Part shown: positions 9,572 through 18,607 of the stretch, piece after piece | How positions within the stretch are numbered: position 1 is the stretch's first letter | Layout: the number at the start of each line of letters is the position of its first letter | NCBI GenBank assembly: GCA_943788245.1 | Contig: CALSPN010000007.1 | Span: forward strand, 47,446 to 111,445 | DNA from: an uncultured Verrucomicrobiae bacterium | GTDB taxonomy: Bacteria; Verrucomicrobiota; Verrucomicrobiia; Limisphaerales; AAA164-E04 | Direction of reading: 5' to 3' | Length of the DNA: 64,000 nucleotides | The notes under the pieces: model-generated | Databases searched by the model: none | What the model was told of the DNA's origin: nothing | The model's input: the letters and a program-made list of their open reading frames with translations, nothing else | Program-made: the position numbers and the translations under genes

Positions 9572-10870
9572 TCAGGCTTTCTGTTTTCCGGCGGTAAACA
9601 CTTCATCCACGATTGCTGCGCCCACCGAATCTCCAAAAGCGTTGATCATGGTACGAAAGCGATCGAGGAACCAATCTACAGGCAGTATGATTGCCATATA
9701 TTCAACGGGTAAACCCACAGCTCCCAGGACAATGGCCATGGTCACCAATCCAGCTTCAGGAATACCGGCAGCGCCAATAGCTGCCATGGTTGCAGTCACT
9801 GCAATCACTACCTGAGTGGTCATGGTTAATTCAAATCCGACTGCCTGCGCTTCGGGTGTCACCGCATAAAGATTCGCTATGAAAAGAGCAGCTGCCGCTT
9901 CGTAGAGAGCTGTACCGTCCATATTGATGGTAGCCCCCAGAGGCAAGACAAAATCAATCGATTTCCTCGAGATCTTAGCCTTTTTTTCGGCAGATTCCAT
10001 CGTCACAGGAAGTGTGGCCGAGGAGCTTGCTGTTGAAAAGGCGGTCAATAAAGCATCGCTCATGTGTGCCATGAATCGATAAGGGTTCCTTCTGGTTTTG
10101 AACCACAAAAACAAAGGAAGTGTCACTCCAAAATGAAAAAACAATCCACCCAGTACAACGACCATATAGGAAGCAAGATTTTTGATTGTAGAAACAAAGG
10201 TACCTTCAGCAAATGCTTCACCAAAATTGGATGCAACAAGACAGAAGATCCCAACCGGGGCAAATTTCATGAGCAGCATGACGAAATTCAGCAAAGCGTC
10301 GTTGGATGCAAGGACCAAATCGGAAACAACCTTGATGCGCTTGCCCAGTGTCGTCAGCATGCCCGCAAAAATAATACTGAAAATAATCAAGGGTAACAGC
10401 TCAATCTCAACCATGGATTGAAGCAAATTTTCGGTAAAAAGCATGAGCAGCAGGTTTTCAAAAATATCTGCCATGCCTTTTTTTTGTTGGCTTGTCTCTT
10501 CAACCACAGCCATTTGTTCGGCGTGTGAACCATGGTCTAGGGCTCCTAAATCCGGAATAACACCTTGCCCCGGCTGGATGAGATTGAACATCAAGACACC
10601 GGTCAACACAGCAAGCACGGTTGTCGTTAGGTAAAACAAGACTGCAGCTCCGCCTGGCTTTCCAAGTTTTCTGACATCCCCTAGACCGAGAATTCCGCTC
10701 ATCACACTGGTCATGACCAAAGGAACCACCACCATCATCAGACAACGCAGGAAAATTTCACCCCCTACCTTGGTATGTTTGGCCATTTCAGGTGCCATCC
10801 ACGAGAAAACAAATGCTGCGACGATCGAACCGATCATGAAATAGGTATGTTTTTTAGACGGTGATTTCAT
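9572..10870 (-). CDS. Dicarboxylate/amino acid:cation symporter (DAACS, GltP/DctA-like)
   Basis: AFSTASSSATLP, PLGATINMDGTALY, GAAGIP and DRFRTMINAFGD. Confidence 0.95.
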   Translation of the reverse strand: MKSPSKKHTYFMIGSIVAAFVFSWMAPEMAKHTKVGGEIFLRCLMMVVVPLVMTSVMSGILGLGDVRKLGKPGGAAVLFYLTTTVLAVLTGVLMFNLIQPGQGVIPDLGALDHGSHAEQMAVVEETSQQKKGMADIFENLLLMLFTENLLQSMVEIELLPLIIFSIIFAGMLTTLGKRIKVVSDLVLASNDALLNFVMLLMKFAPVGIFCLVASNFGEAFAEGTFVSTIKNLASYMVVVLGGLFFHFGVTLPLFLWFKTRRNPYRFMAHMSDALLTAFSTASSSATLPVTMESAEKKAKISRKSIDFVLPLGATINMDGTALYEAAAALFIANLYAVTPEAQAVGFELTMTTQVVIAVTATMAAIGAAGIPEAGLVTMAIVLGAVGLPVEYMAIILPVDWFLDRFRTMINAFGDSVGAAIVDEVFTAGKQKA

Positions 10871-11354
10871 AGAATATTTATTGAGAGATTCGGTGGATAT
10901 TTTTTCATAATATTCACATAGTCAATATTACAAAATATTTCTATTTTTATAATGTTATCTGAAATTTGAGATCAGAGAACAGTTTAACAAGCGAACCCGA
11001 AAGATAAAAGAAGCACTTGAAACCGTTTTTTACGAAGGCATTCCATTGTCTTCTAATGTTTTCTTGGCAGTGGACTAAAATCGTTAGAAGCAGGTTCATT
11101 CAAGAGCAGTTGCCGATCTCAGAAAACGAAATCTCGAATCAGGCTGGCAAAAAAGAAACCGTGGGGTTTTTCCGGGCATTTGAGAATCCCACAAATTTGA
11201 CATCCTGTGATCCGGCGAAGGCTCGGATCTGGCATCAATTCAGGATTCTTTTCGTTACTTTTAAGATTAATATCAGGGAAAACCGTGCCTCAAGGTTTTC
11301 ATTGCACTCGTATCATGCTGATCTGAAGATTGAACTTACTCGCAGCGTTGAGAG

Positions 11355-12290
11355 TCATGGACCTGCGACTTTGTCAGGATTGAGGTAAGGCTTGAGAAAG
11401 GAGGGCATTTTTCCTGCGACGAGTCCAGCGAGCATATCGGCACCTTCCGAAAAAAAGTGAAGTTGATCGTCCGTGGTAAGATGCGCACTGTCGGCATCTC
11501 CGAGATCATTGAACAAATCCTTGCTCATCTGGTTGAGGTTTATGAAGTGACACTGATGTCGCTCGGCAACCTTACGCATGGTTTCGCTTCGTTCATCGAG
11601 CCAGGGTATTACCTTCCCATCGGATCCAAATTCCCTCTTGGTGACTGGAGACACTAAAAGGGGGGATCCTCCAAAGCCGCGAATCAAGTTGATAAGTTCT
11701 TCCAGATTCGACTCGTATTGTTCCATGGTCGTGCGTTTATCCGGCTCAGAGGAGTGCTCATCGATCATGCCAAATTGCAGCACTACAAATTCAGGACGCA
11801 CATTCTTGAGCTTGCTGACCTGCCATTGCGAATTGAGATAGGTCTTGGTGCTCTGCCCTGCGACAGCAATGTTTGCAATCCGTACATCAAGACCGAAATA
11901 AGAATGGAATGCTTCTCCCCACCCTCCAAAACGACCATCAAAAAAAGCAAAATCGACAATGGTCGAGTCTCCTATCAGTGCGATCTTGACAGGATCATAT
12001 GGTAGTTCCCATAGGTTCAGGCGAAAGAAAGCCTCATCTCCAGGTTCAACCGTCAAAGTCAAGGAACGAGTATCTGCCCAATGATCGGAAACGCCATACC
12101 ACTCTTCCAAGTCTACCGATTTCTCAATGCGATACCCCATTTCAGGAGCGGCTTTGACGGACAGTGTGACTTGACGATGTGTTTCGGATGAAATCGAAAG
12201 ATCCTGACTTTGAGCGGGAATAGAAGCCAGTAATGCTTGAATTACGATCGTTATGTAAATGGTAACTTTACGCATGATAACCGGTGTCAC
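11355..12290 (-). CDS. SGNH/GDSL esterase (rhamnogalacturonan acetylesterase-like) with extra N-terminal module
   Basis: IALIGDSTI, GWGE, NIAVAGQSTKTY, LQFGMID and DQLHF. Confidence 0.85.
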   Translation of the reverse strand: MTPVIMRKVTIYITIVIQALLASIPAQSQDLSISSETHRQVTLSVKAAPEMGYRIEKSVDLEEWYGVSDHWADTRSLTLTVEPGDEAFFRLNLWELPYDPVKIALIGDSTIVDFAFFDGRFGGWGEAFHSYFGLDVRIANIAVAGQSTKTYLNSQWQVSKLKNVRPEFVVLQFGMIDEHSSEPDKRTTMEQYESNLEELINLIRGFGGSPLLVSPVTKREFGSDGKVIPWLDERSETMRKVAERHQCHFINLNQMSKDLFNDLGDADSAHLTTDDQLHFFSEGADMLAGLVAGKMPSFLKPYLNPDKVAGP

Positions 12291-12321
12291 ACTTATGGAT
12301 AGAAGCTCGGAGCGTCAACAG

Positions 12322-13026
12322 TTAATTCTCATTCGCCGTTACCGCAGAAATTGATGGTTGATCAGCCACATAAAGCATACAAGCCGCTCGCTTGGCACTG
12401 AGATAACGTTTGGCGGGCTCGGCCTTGACCTGAAAACCCGCCTTTTGTAGACGCCTCTCAAAATGGACATCAGGCCCTGCTGACCAGAAAACCACGCGCC
12501 CGTCTGGTCTCAGTATGTGTCGGATCGTACCAAGCCCTGATTTTGAATACAGAAACCGATTATTTTTGTCGACCATCGCAACGGGTCCATTGTCTACATC
12601 CAACAGAATCACATCATAAGATTCGGGTTGAGCCTTACGTATCACTGAGACCACATCCGCCACATTAATCTGGACGCGTGGATCATCGAGCAAACTCCCA
12701 TTCAAAGCCTGAAGGTGGGTTCGATTCCATTCGATGACCTCTGGAAAAAGCTCGACGACTTCGACTCGTGACTGGGGTTCCGCAAGCTTCAGCACATTAC
12801 TGAGTGTGAACCCCAATCCAAGCCCACCAATGAGCACGCGCGAGGCCACCTGTTTTTTCAGTCGTGCCATGCCCAACGAACCCAACAGGCATTCCGAAGC
12901 GTTGGCTCTTGAGTGCATGAGCTCCTGACCTCCGATGTTAATCGAATAAGCACCATCCTGTTCGTAGAGTCCGATGGTGTTTCCAGAAGGAGTTTTGGAT
13001 TCGGCGAGTTTATGGCGTGGCTTCAT
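12322..13026 (-). CDS. Spermidine synthase-like SAM-binding protein
   Basis: VLIGGLGLGFTL, YDVILLDVDNGP and VVFWSA. Confidence 0.85.
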   Translation of the reverse strand: MKPRHKLAESKTPSGNTIGLYEQDGAYSINIGGQELMHSRANASECLLGSLGMARLKKQVASRVLIGGLGLGFTLSNVLKLAEPQSRVEVVELFPEVIEWNRTHLQALNGSLLDDPRVQINVADVVSVIRKAQPESYDVILLDVDNGPVAMVDKNNRFLYSKSGLGTIRHILRPDGRVVFWSAGPDVHFERRLQKAGFQVKAEPAKRYLSAKRAACMLYVADQPSISAVTANEN

Positions 13027-13956
13027 GCGGGGTGGATTTTAATAAGGATGTCATTTGACCCAGAAGGTAACTGCCGGGACTCACAGCTGTCGATGTGTTA
13101 ATTTCTCATGAGTATCCAAAACACTTACCTCAACTGAATGGAAGGCGTTGAAGCATGACCATCGGATTGATTTCATGATCGCGAAATATCTTGAATGAGT
13201 TTCTTTTATCATCCTAGACAGGGGTTCACTCCTCTTGCGACTCCCTGTCTCCCAGACCGTTTACAAGCTCGTTACAGATGACAAATCCGCCTGTTCGGGT
13301 CAGTGTTCAGCGAATGATAGGGCATCAACAGGCTGCAGGCGACAAAGGTTGTATCTTGCGGATGTTCCAGATCAACATGTCCGATGGCATGAGTAAAAAT
13401 AGCCTGAAGATACTCTCCACCAGATATAAAGAGCTTGAGATTGCTGAAATCATAAAAAATGGATACGTCTTGCGAAGATGAATATGCCTCCAGCGGCAAG
13501 GATTCCAATGCGTTTCATGGTTCAATCATGATCACTTGCCTCTCATGAGCAGGGAAGACCGTTCGTTCAGTTGCGAAAGGATTACTGCAAGACACCAGAA
13601 CCTTGAAGACGAAGCAGAGCAAATCCCCTGGCATGTCTAAACAGTGCATTACCGCTGTCTTCAATCTTTCATACAAGGCGAGTGAAAAGAAAGGTCAAGC
13701 AACTGATGATCAAGCGAGGTGGCCATCTCTCAGCCAGAGAGAATAGGAATGAAAAAGCATTATCTCTGGGCATTCTACAGGTGAGGTATTTTGCTCAACA
13801 TCTCCAAATAGGCATCACAAACGGTCTTATCATTAACTCTTGTGAAAAAGATGAAGCATTAAAGAACAAACCCATGCCTTGACCCCCAAGGCTGCATGAG
13901 CCAGATTGATGCTGTGCGGGCTGTGACTGGTAGATTAAGTCCGCAGAATAAAGTCA

Positions 13957-14808
13957 ATGAGCACTCGTAATATAACTTTGGGACATTCGCCGGATCCGGA
14001 CGACGCCTTTATGTTCTACGCCCTGGCTAAGGGATTAATCCCCGCGCAAGGCCTGTCATTTGAGCATATCCTGCAAGACATCCAGACATTAAACGAAAGA
14101 GCGACACGAGGCGAACTTGATGTCAGCGCCATCAGCATTCACGCCTACGCCTACGTCAGTGATAAATATGCACTTTTACCCAGCGGCGCATCCATGGGCG
14201 ATGGATATGGGCCCATGCTGGTGGCAAAAACCGTTATGTCGTCCAATGAAATTGCCAACGCGACCATTGCGGTTCCTGGTGAGATGACAAGCGCTTTTCT
14301 GGCGCTTCAACTGTGGCTTGACACACCCGCAACCAAGCTGAATTACAAGGTCGTCCCCTTTGACAAAATCTTTGAAACGGTCAATAAGGGAGAAGCTGAT
14401 GTGGGATTGATCATTCATGAAGGGCAATTAACCTATGAAGATCAGGGATTAAAGTTATGTGAAGACCTGGGGGTATGGTGGGGACGTGAAAACGAGGGAC
14501 TACCTTTGCCGTTGGGAGGAAATGTCATCCACAAGCGGTTCATTCCCGAAGAGCGCAAAATGATTTCCGACCTACTCACGGAAAGCATCCAGTTCAGCCT
14601 GAATCATCGCCCCGAAGCAGTGGCACACGCGTTGCAATACGCACGCGATATGGGCATGGAACTCGCAGATCGTTTCGTAGGCATGTATGTCAACGACTGG
14701 ACTTTGGACTACGGGGACAAGGGACGCGAAACCATCAGGCGATTCCTGGGCAGAGCGTTTGAGAAAGGGTTGATCCCTCATCGGCAGGAACTGGAATTCG
14801 TTTCCTGA
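13957..14808 (+). CDS. mqnD: 1,4-dihydroxy-6-naphthoate synthase (futalosine menaquinone pathway)
   Basis: GHSPDPDDAFMFYAL, DIQTLN, GDGYGP, GLIIHEGQLTY, LPLPLGGN and MYVND. Confidence 0.9.
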   Translation: MSTRNITLGHSPDPDDAFMFYALAKGLIPAQGLSFEHILQDIQTLNERATRGELDVSAISIHAYAYVSDKYALLPSGASMGDGYGPMLVAKTVMSSNEIANATIAVPGEMTSAFLALQLWLDTPATKLNYKVVPFDKIFETVNKGEADVGLIIHEGQLTYEDQGLKLCEDLGVWWGRENEGLPLPLGGNVIHKRFIPEERKMISDLLTESIQFSLNHRPEAVAHALQYARDMGMELADRFVGMYVNDWTLDYGDKGRETIRRFLGRAFEKGLIPHRQELEFVS

Positions 14809-14857
14809 AAAGAAATGATTGCATACCGGCAATGAACCGTTTGGTATATTCGGGCAT

Positions 14858-15755
14858 ATGGCCGGTCCCTTGATCCAGAATCAGTTACTTCGAAGACTCG
14901 AGCGGTTGGAGCTGCTGGCAAGGCGTCGTGTTCGCAGTTCATTGAAAGGAGAGCGGAGGAGCAAGGCTCGTGGCCAGTCTGTCGAGTTTGCAGACCATCG
15001 GAATTATGCAGCCGGGGATGATCTGCGTTACCTCGACTGGAATCTCTTTGGACGTCTTGATAAACTATTCCTCAAGCTGTATGAAGAAGAACGGGAGCTA
15101 CCTTTATCCATTTTTCTTGATGCCAGTGAATCGATGACCTTTGGCACGCCGGTGAAATTTGACTTTGCTCGGCAGGTTGCAGCCTCCATGGGTTACGTGG
15201 CATTGTGTGGGTTTGATCGAGTCACGGTGGATATCTTCCCTGACAGCCATGACGAGAAGCCATTAAGAGAATCTCTTCGCAACGTCAGGGGTAAAAAATC
15301 AGCCCTGCCGTTTTTTCCGTCATCTTCAGCAAATTCAGGCCGGAGGATCTTGCCTGCTCAACGAATCCTTGAAGCGAAGCACACTTCTAGCAAAACAGAG
15401 TGGTGTAGCCATTGTGATAAGTGACTTCATGGACCCTGAAGGCTATGAAGAAGGATTGAAAGCACTGCTGGGCCGCGGATTTCATGTCCACGTCATATTG
15501 GTGCTTTCTCGAGAAGAATTGGAACCCAATGTTTACGGCGACCTGAAGGTAGTGGACAGCGAGTCGGGAACGGTTCAGGAAGTCACCTTTGGCAAATACA
15601 GACTCAAAGCTTATCAGAAAACGGTCAATGCCTTCCTTGAGCAGTTCAAAAATTTCTGCCGTAAGCGGGCTATTGGATTTAACCTTGCCCCCAGCGATAC
15701 GGACCTCGATCAATTGTTGCTGAGCGACCTGAGAAAAGCCATGTTATGGAAATAG
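14858..15755 (+). CDS. DUF58 domain protein, split by an apparent +1 frameshift in the T6 run at 15311-15316
   Basis: GQSVEFADHRNYAAGDDLRYLDWN, FLDASESM, then VISDF in the next frame; removing one T gives continuous ...LPFFRHLQQIQAGG.... Confidence 0.88.
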
Positions 15756-15767
15756 GATCCAGCTGAT

Positions 15768-17603
15768 ATGAATTTTCTCAGTCCATACGCATTCTGGTTA
15801 GCAGTGACACTCCCGATTGTGTTGGTCTTCTATTTACTTAAGCGGCGACGCAAAGTACAGGTCGTTGCGAGTTCAATGCTCTGGAGAAAATTCCTGGCTG
15901 AAACACAGGCAAGCGCACCTTTCCAGAAGTTGAGACATCACTGGCTGCTTATTTTCCAGCTGTTGATACTTGCCCTCGCCATTCTCGCAATGGCCCGCCC
16001 TTATTTTTCGGGCAATGTCTCGGAAGGTGGCCTGTTGGTAGTCATCATGGACACCTCAGCATCAATGCAATCAACCGATGTTCCCCCGACCCGAATGGAT
16101 GCAGCCATCAAAGAGGCGGGGGACCTTATTGACACGTTATCTGATACGGATCAAATGATGATATTGGCAGCAGGACGACAAACGCGCGTCCTGCAATCAG
16201 CCACTTCAGAGAAAAATAAATTGCAACGGGCGCTCAAAAGTATTGAGGCCTCCGACACTTCAACCTATTTGCTGGATGCATTCAAGCTGGCACGGACCTT
16301 GGCTGAAGGTCAAAAGCTGGCAGAGATCCATCTGTTCAGTGATGGTGCTGCGTCCGATTTAAATAAATTTGAACCCACCGACCTCAACATCAGTTATCAT
16401 CCGATAGGAACACGATCCGACAATGTCGGCATCGTCTCACTGGACGTCAGGCCCAATCCTGACGACGAAACGACCCGAGCCATTTTTGCGGGCGTTGTGA
16501 ATTATTCCACCAACCGTGCGGATCTCATTGTCGAGCTTCAGTGGAACGACCAGACCATTGAAGCTCGACCTCTGGAACTGGAACCCGGATCCACCGACTC
16601 GCAGGTATTTATTGCACCTCAAAGCGAAAACGGCATCTTTTCTCTCAAGCTGAACAGTGATGATGATCTTGCCATAGATAACCAAGCCTCTGTGGTCAGC
16701 CTCCTCCCTAAACCTGCACGAATATTATTGGTAACTCGTGGCAATCGATTCCTTGAAAAAGCGTTGAGTTCAATTAACAACATCGAGTTGACTGCAGTAG
16801 ATCAGTTAACGGACGCTTCGCCTGATGTGGATTTGGTTGTTTTGGATAAGATCACCCCTTTGGCCTGGCCGGCTGTAAACACGCTTGCCATGCATGTCAC
16901 GCATACCAATTGGATCGAAAGCGCAAACACAGTAGAATCGCCTGTTATCGTCGACTGGAAAGCGGCTCATCCACTCTTACGTTTTGTTCAGCTGGATGAC
17001 GTCCAGATCGCCGAAACTTTGGAGGTCAAGACTCCGAACTGGGCCATGTCAGTTGTGGAGTCCACCCGTACACCGCTGATCCTTGCAGGAGAAAAGGAAG
17101 GTCAGAGAATGGTTTGGACGGGGTTTGACACACTTCAATCCACCTGGCCGCTGAGAATTTCATTCCCGATTTTTATCGCAAATGCAGTCGAATGGCTCAA
17201 TCCCATGACAAGCCAGGCATCCATGGTGAATGTTCGGACAGGAGATGCAATGATTGCAACACTCGAGGAAACAGGTTCCAACCCAGTTATGCTTTTACCC
17301 GATGGGCAAAAAACAAGCGTGATAGCAAACCCTGGAAGCCGTCAGGTCATCTTTGCGGACACTTTGAGGCAAGGAATTTACCGTCTTCAGAACGGCAGCA
17401 CCGAAGTCGTTTTTGCATCCAATCTCGCCGATGCATCAGAAAGTGACAACGGCCCAAGGGAAGAGCTGAATCTTGGCGGCTACAGTCAAGTGACAAGGAC
17501 GGGGCAAAAACGAGCGGACCTGGAAATATGGCGATGGCTGGTTCTTGCTGCATTGATTGTCTTGATGTTGGAATGGTGGTATTACCATAAAAGGACGGCT
17601 TGA
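15768..17603 (+). CDS. BatA N-terminal + vWA domain membrane protein
   Basis: MNFLSP-type BatA start and LAMARP; MIDAS DTSAS with FSDG; C-terminal TM ending LEWW. Confidence 0.88.
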   Translation: MNFLSPYAFWLAVTLPIVLVFYLLKRRRKVQVVASSMLWRKFLAETQASAPFQKLRHHWLLIFQLLILALAILAMARPYFSGNVSEGGLLVVIMDTSASMQSTDVPPTRMDAAIKEAGDLIDTLSDTDQMMILAAGRQTRVLQSATSEKNKLQRALKSIEASDTSTYLLDAFKLARTLAEGQKLAEIHLFSDGAASDLNKFEPTDLNISYHPIGTRSDNVGIVSLDVRPNPDDETTRAIFAGVVNYSTNRADLIVELQWNDQTIEARPLELEPGSTDSQVFIAPQSENGIFSLKLNSDDDLAIDNQASVVSLLPKPARILLVTRGNRFLEKALSSINNIELTAVDQLTDASPDVDLVVLDKITPLAWPAVNTLAMHVTHTNWIESANTVESPVIVDWKAAHPLLRFVQLDDVQIAETLEVKTPNWAMSVVESTRTPLILAGEKEGQRMVWTGFDTLQSTWPLRISFPIFIANAVEWLNPMTSQASMVNVRTGDAMIATLEETGSNPVMLLPDGQKTSVIANPGSRQVIFADTLRQGIYRLQNGSTEVVFASNLADASESDNGPREELNLGGYSQVTRTGQKRADLEIWRWLVLAALIVLMLEWWYYHKRTA

Positions 17604-17604
17604 G

Positions 17605-18606
17605 ATGCGAGTAACTAAAAAAGAGTTCCTGCCGAGAGACATCATGTGGAAAGCGGGTGTTTTAATGCGTTCAAAAGGCTGGGGTCAAATGACTGGTGGC
17701 GTTTTATTATTCTGCTTGACCCTGGCTATTGGCTGTGGCCCTGCGACCATGCCAGTGAAACAAAACTTTATTGTTGTTTACACCTCGCAGGATCAAATAT
17801 ACGCCGAAAAGATTTTCAAAAAGTTCACCGTAGACACAGGGATCGAGGTCAAAGCCGTTTTCGATAATGAATCCGTCAAAACGATGGGACTCATCAAGCG
17901 TTTAATGGCGGAGCAAGCTCAACCCGTTTGTGATGTTTTTTGGAGTAATGAAGCCATGGCGGCAAGGAAGCTTTCACTGGCGGGTATAGTAGTTGATTTC
18001 GAGGAATTCGGCTACCGTTCACGCGTATTGATTGTTAATACAAACCGAATCGAGCTCAGCGAAGCTCCCAAATCCATCAAGGATCTGATCTCAAGGAAAT
18101 GGAAAAACAAGGTAGCCATGGCATATCCACTTTTTGGAACGACTGCAACACATATGCTTGCCTTGAAGGAAGCATGGGGTTCGGAGATATGGGAACCATG
18201 GTGTGAAGGTTTGGTCGCCAATAAAACCAAAATTGTAGATGGCAATTCCATGGTGGTTCGGCTTGTGGGTGCGGGCGAGGCTTTGCTGGGTTTGACCGAT
18301 TCGGACGATCTGGCAGTTGGCTTGAGCCAACAATTGCCGCTGGCATCGATTCCATTGGAGAATGAGCTCTGCGCCATACCCAACACAGTGGCCATGGTCA
18401 AGGATGCACCTCATTCTGAGGGAGCCATGTCATTTATAAATTACGTGCAACAGGAGGAAATACTTGCTGATTTGGTGGACAATTCTGCTCTAATCAGCGC
18501 CAAACTTCCACCTGAGGAAAACGCTTTTCAGTCCATCTTCTGGCCTGGAATTCTGGCTGAAGAAAAAGAAAGTTTCTCTTTCCTGAGAGACACCTTTCTC
18601 AGATGA
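17605..18606 (+). CDS. ABC transporter substrate-binding lipoprotein (Fe3+/FbpA-like cluster)
   Basis: LAIGC lipobox, VVYTSQD, DVFWSNE, AYPLFGTTATH, GLTDSDD and IPNTV; true start probably 17665 or 17689. Confidence 0.82.
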   Translation: MRVTKKEFLPRDIMWKAGVLMRSKGWGQMTGGVLLFCLTLAIGCGPATMPVKQNFIVVYTSQDQIYAEKIFKKFTVDTGIEVKAVFDNESVKTMGLIKRLMAEQAQPVCDVFWSNEAMAARKLSLAGIVVDFEEFGYRSRVLIVNTNRIELSEAPKSIKDLISRKWKNKVAMAYPLFGTTATHMLALKEAWGSEIWEPWCEGLVANKTKIVDGNSMVVRLVGAGEALLGLTDSDDLAVGLSQQLPLASIPLENELCAIPNTVAMVKDAPHSEGAMSFINYVQQEEILADLVDNSALISAKLPPEENAFQSIFWPGILAEEKESFSFLRDTFLR

Positions 18607-18607
18607 A

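Noticed and set aside
11017-11388. 123-aa plus-strand ORF between the symporter and esterase
   Set aside because: No motifs; lies in the probable upstream regulatory region of the symporter.
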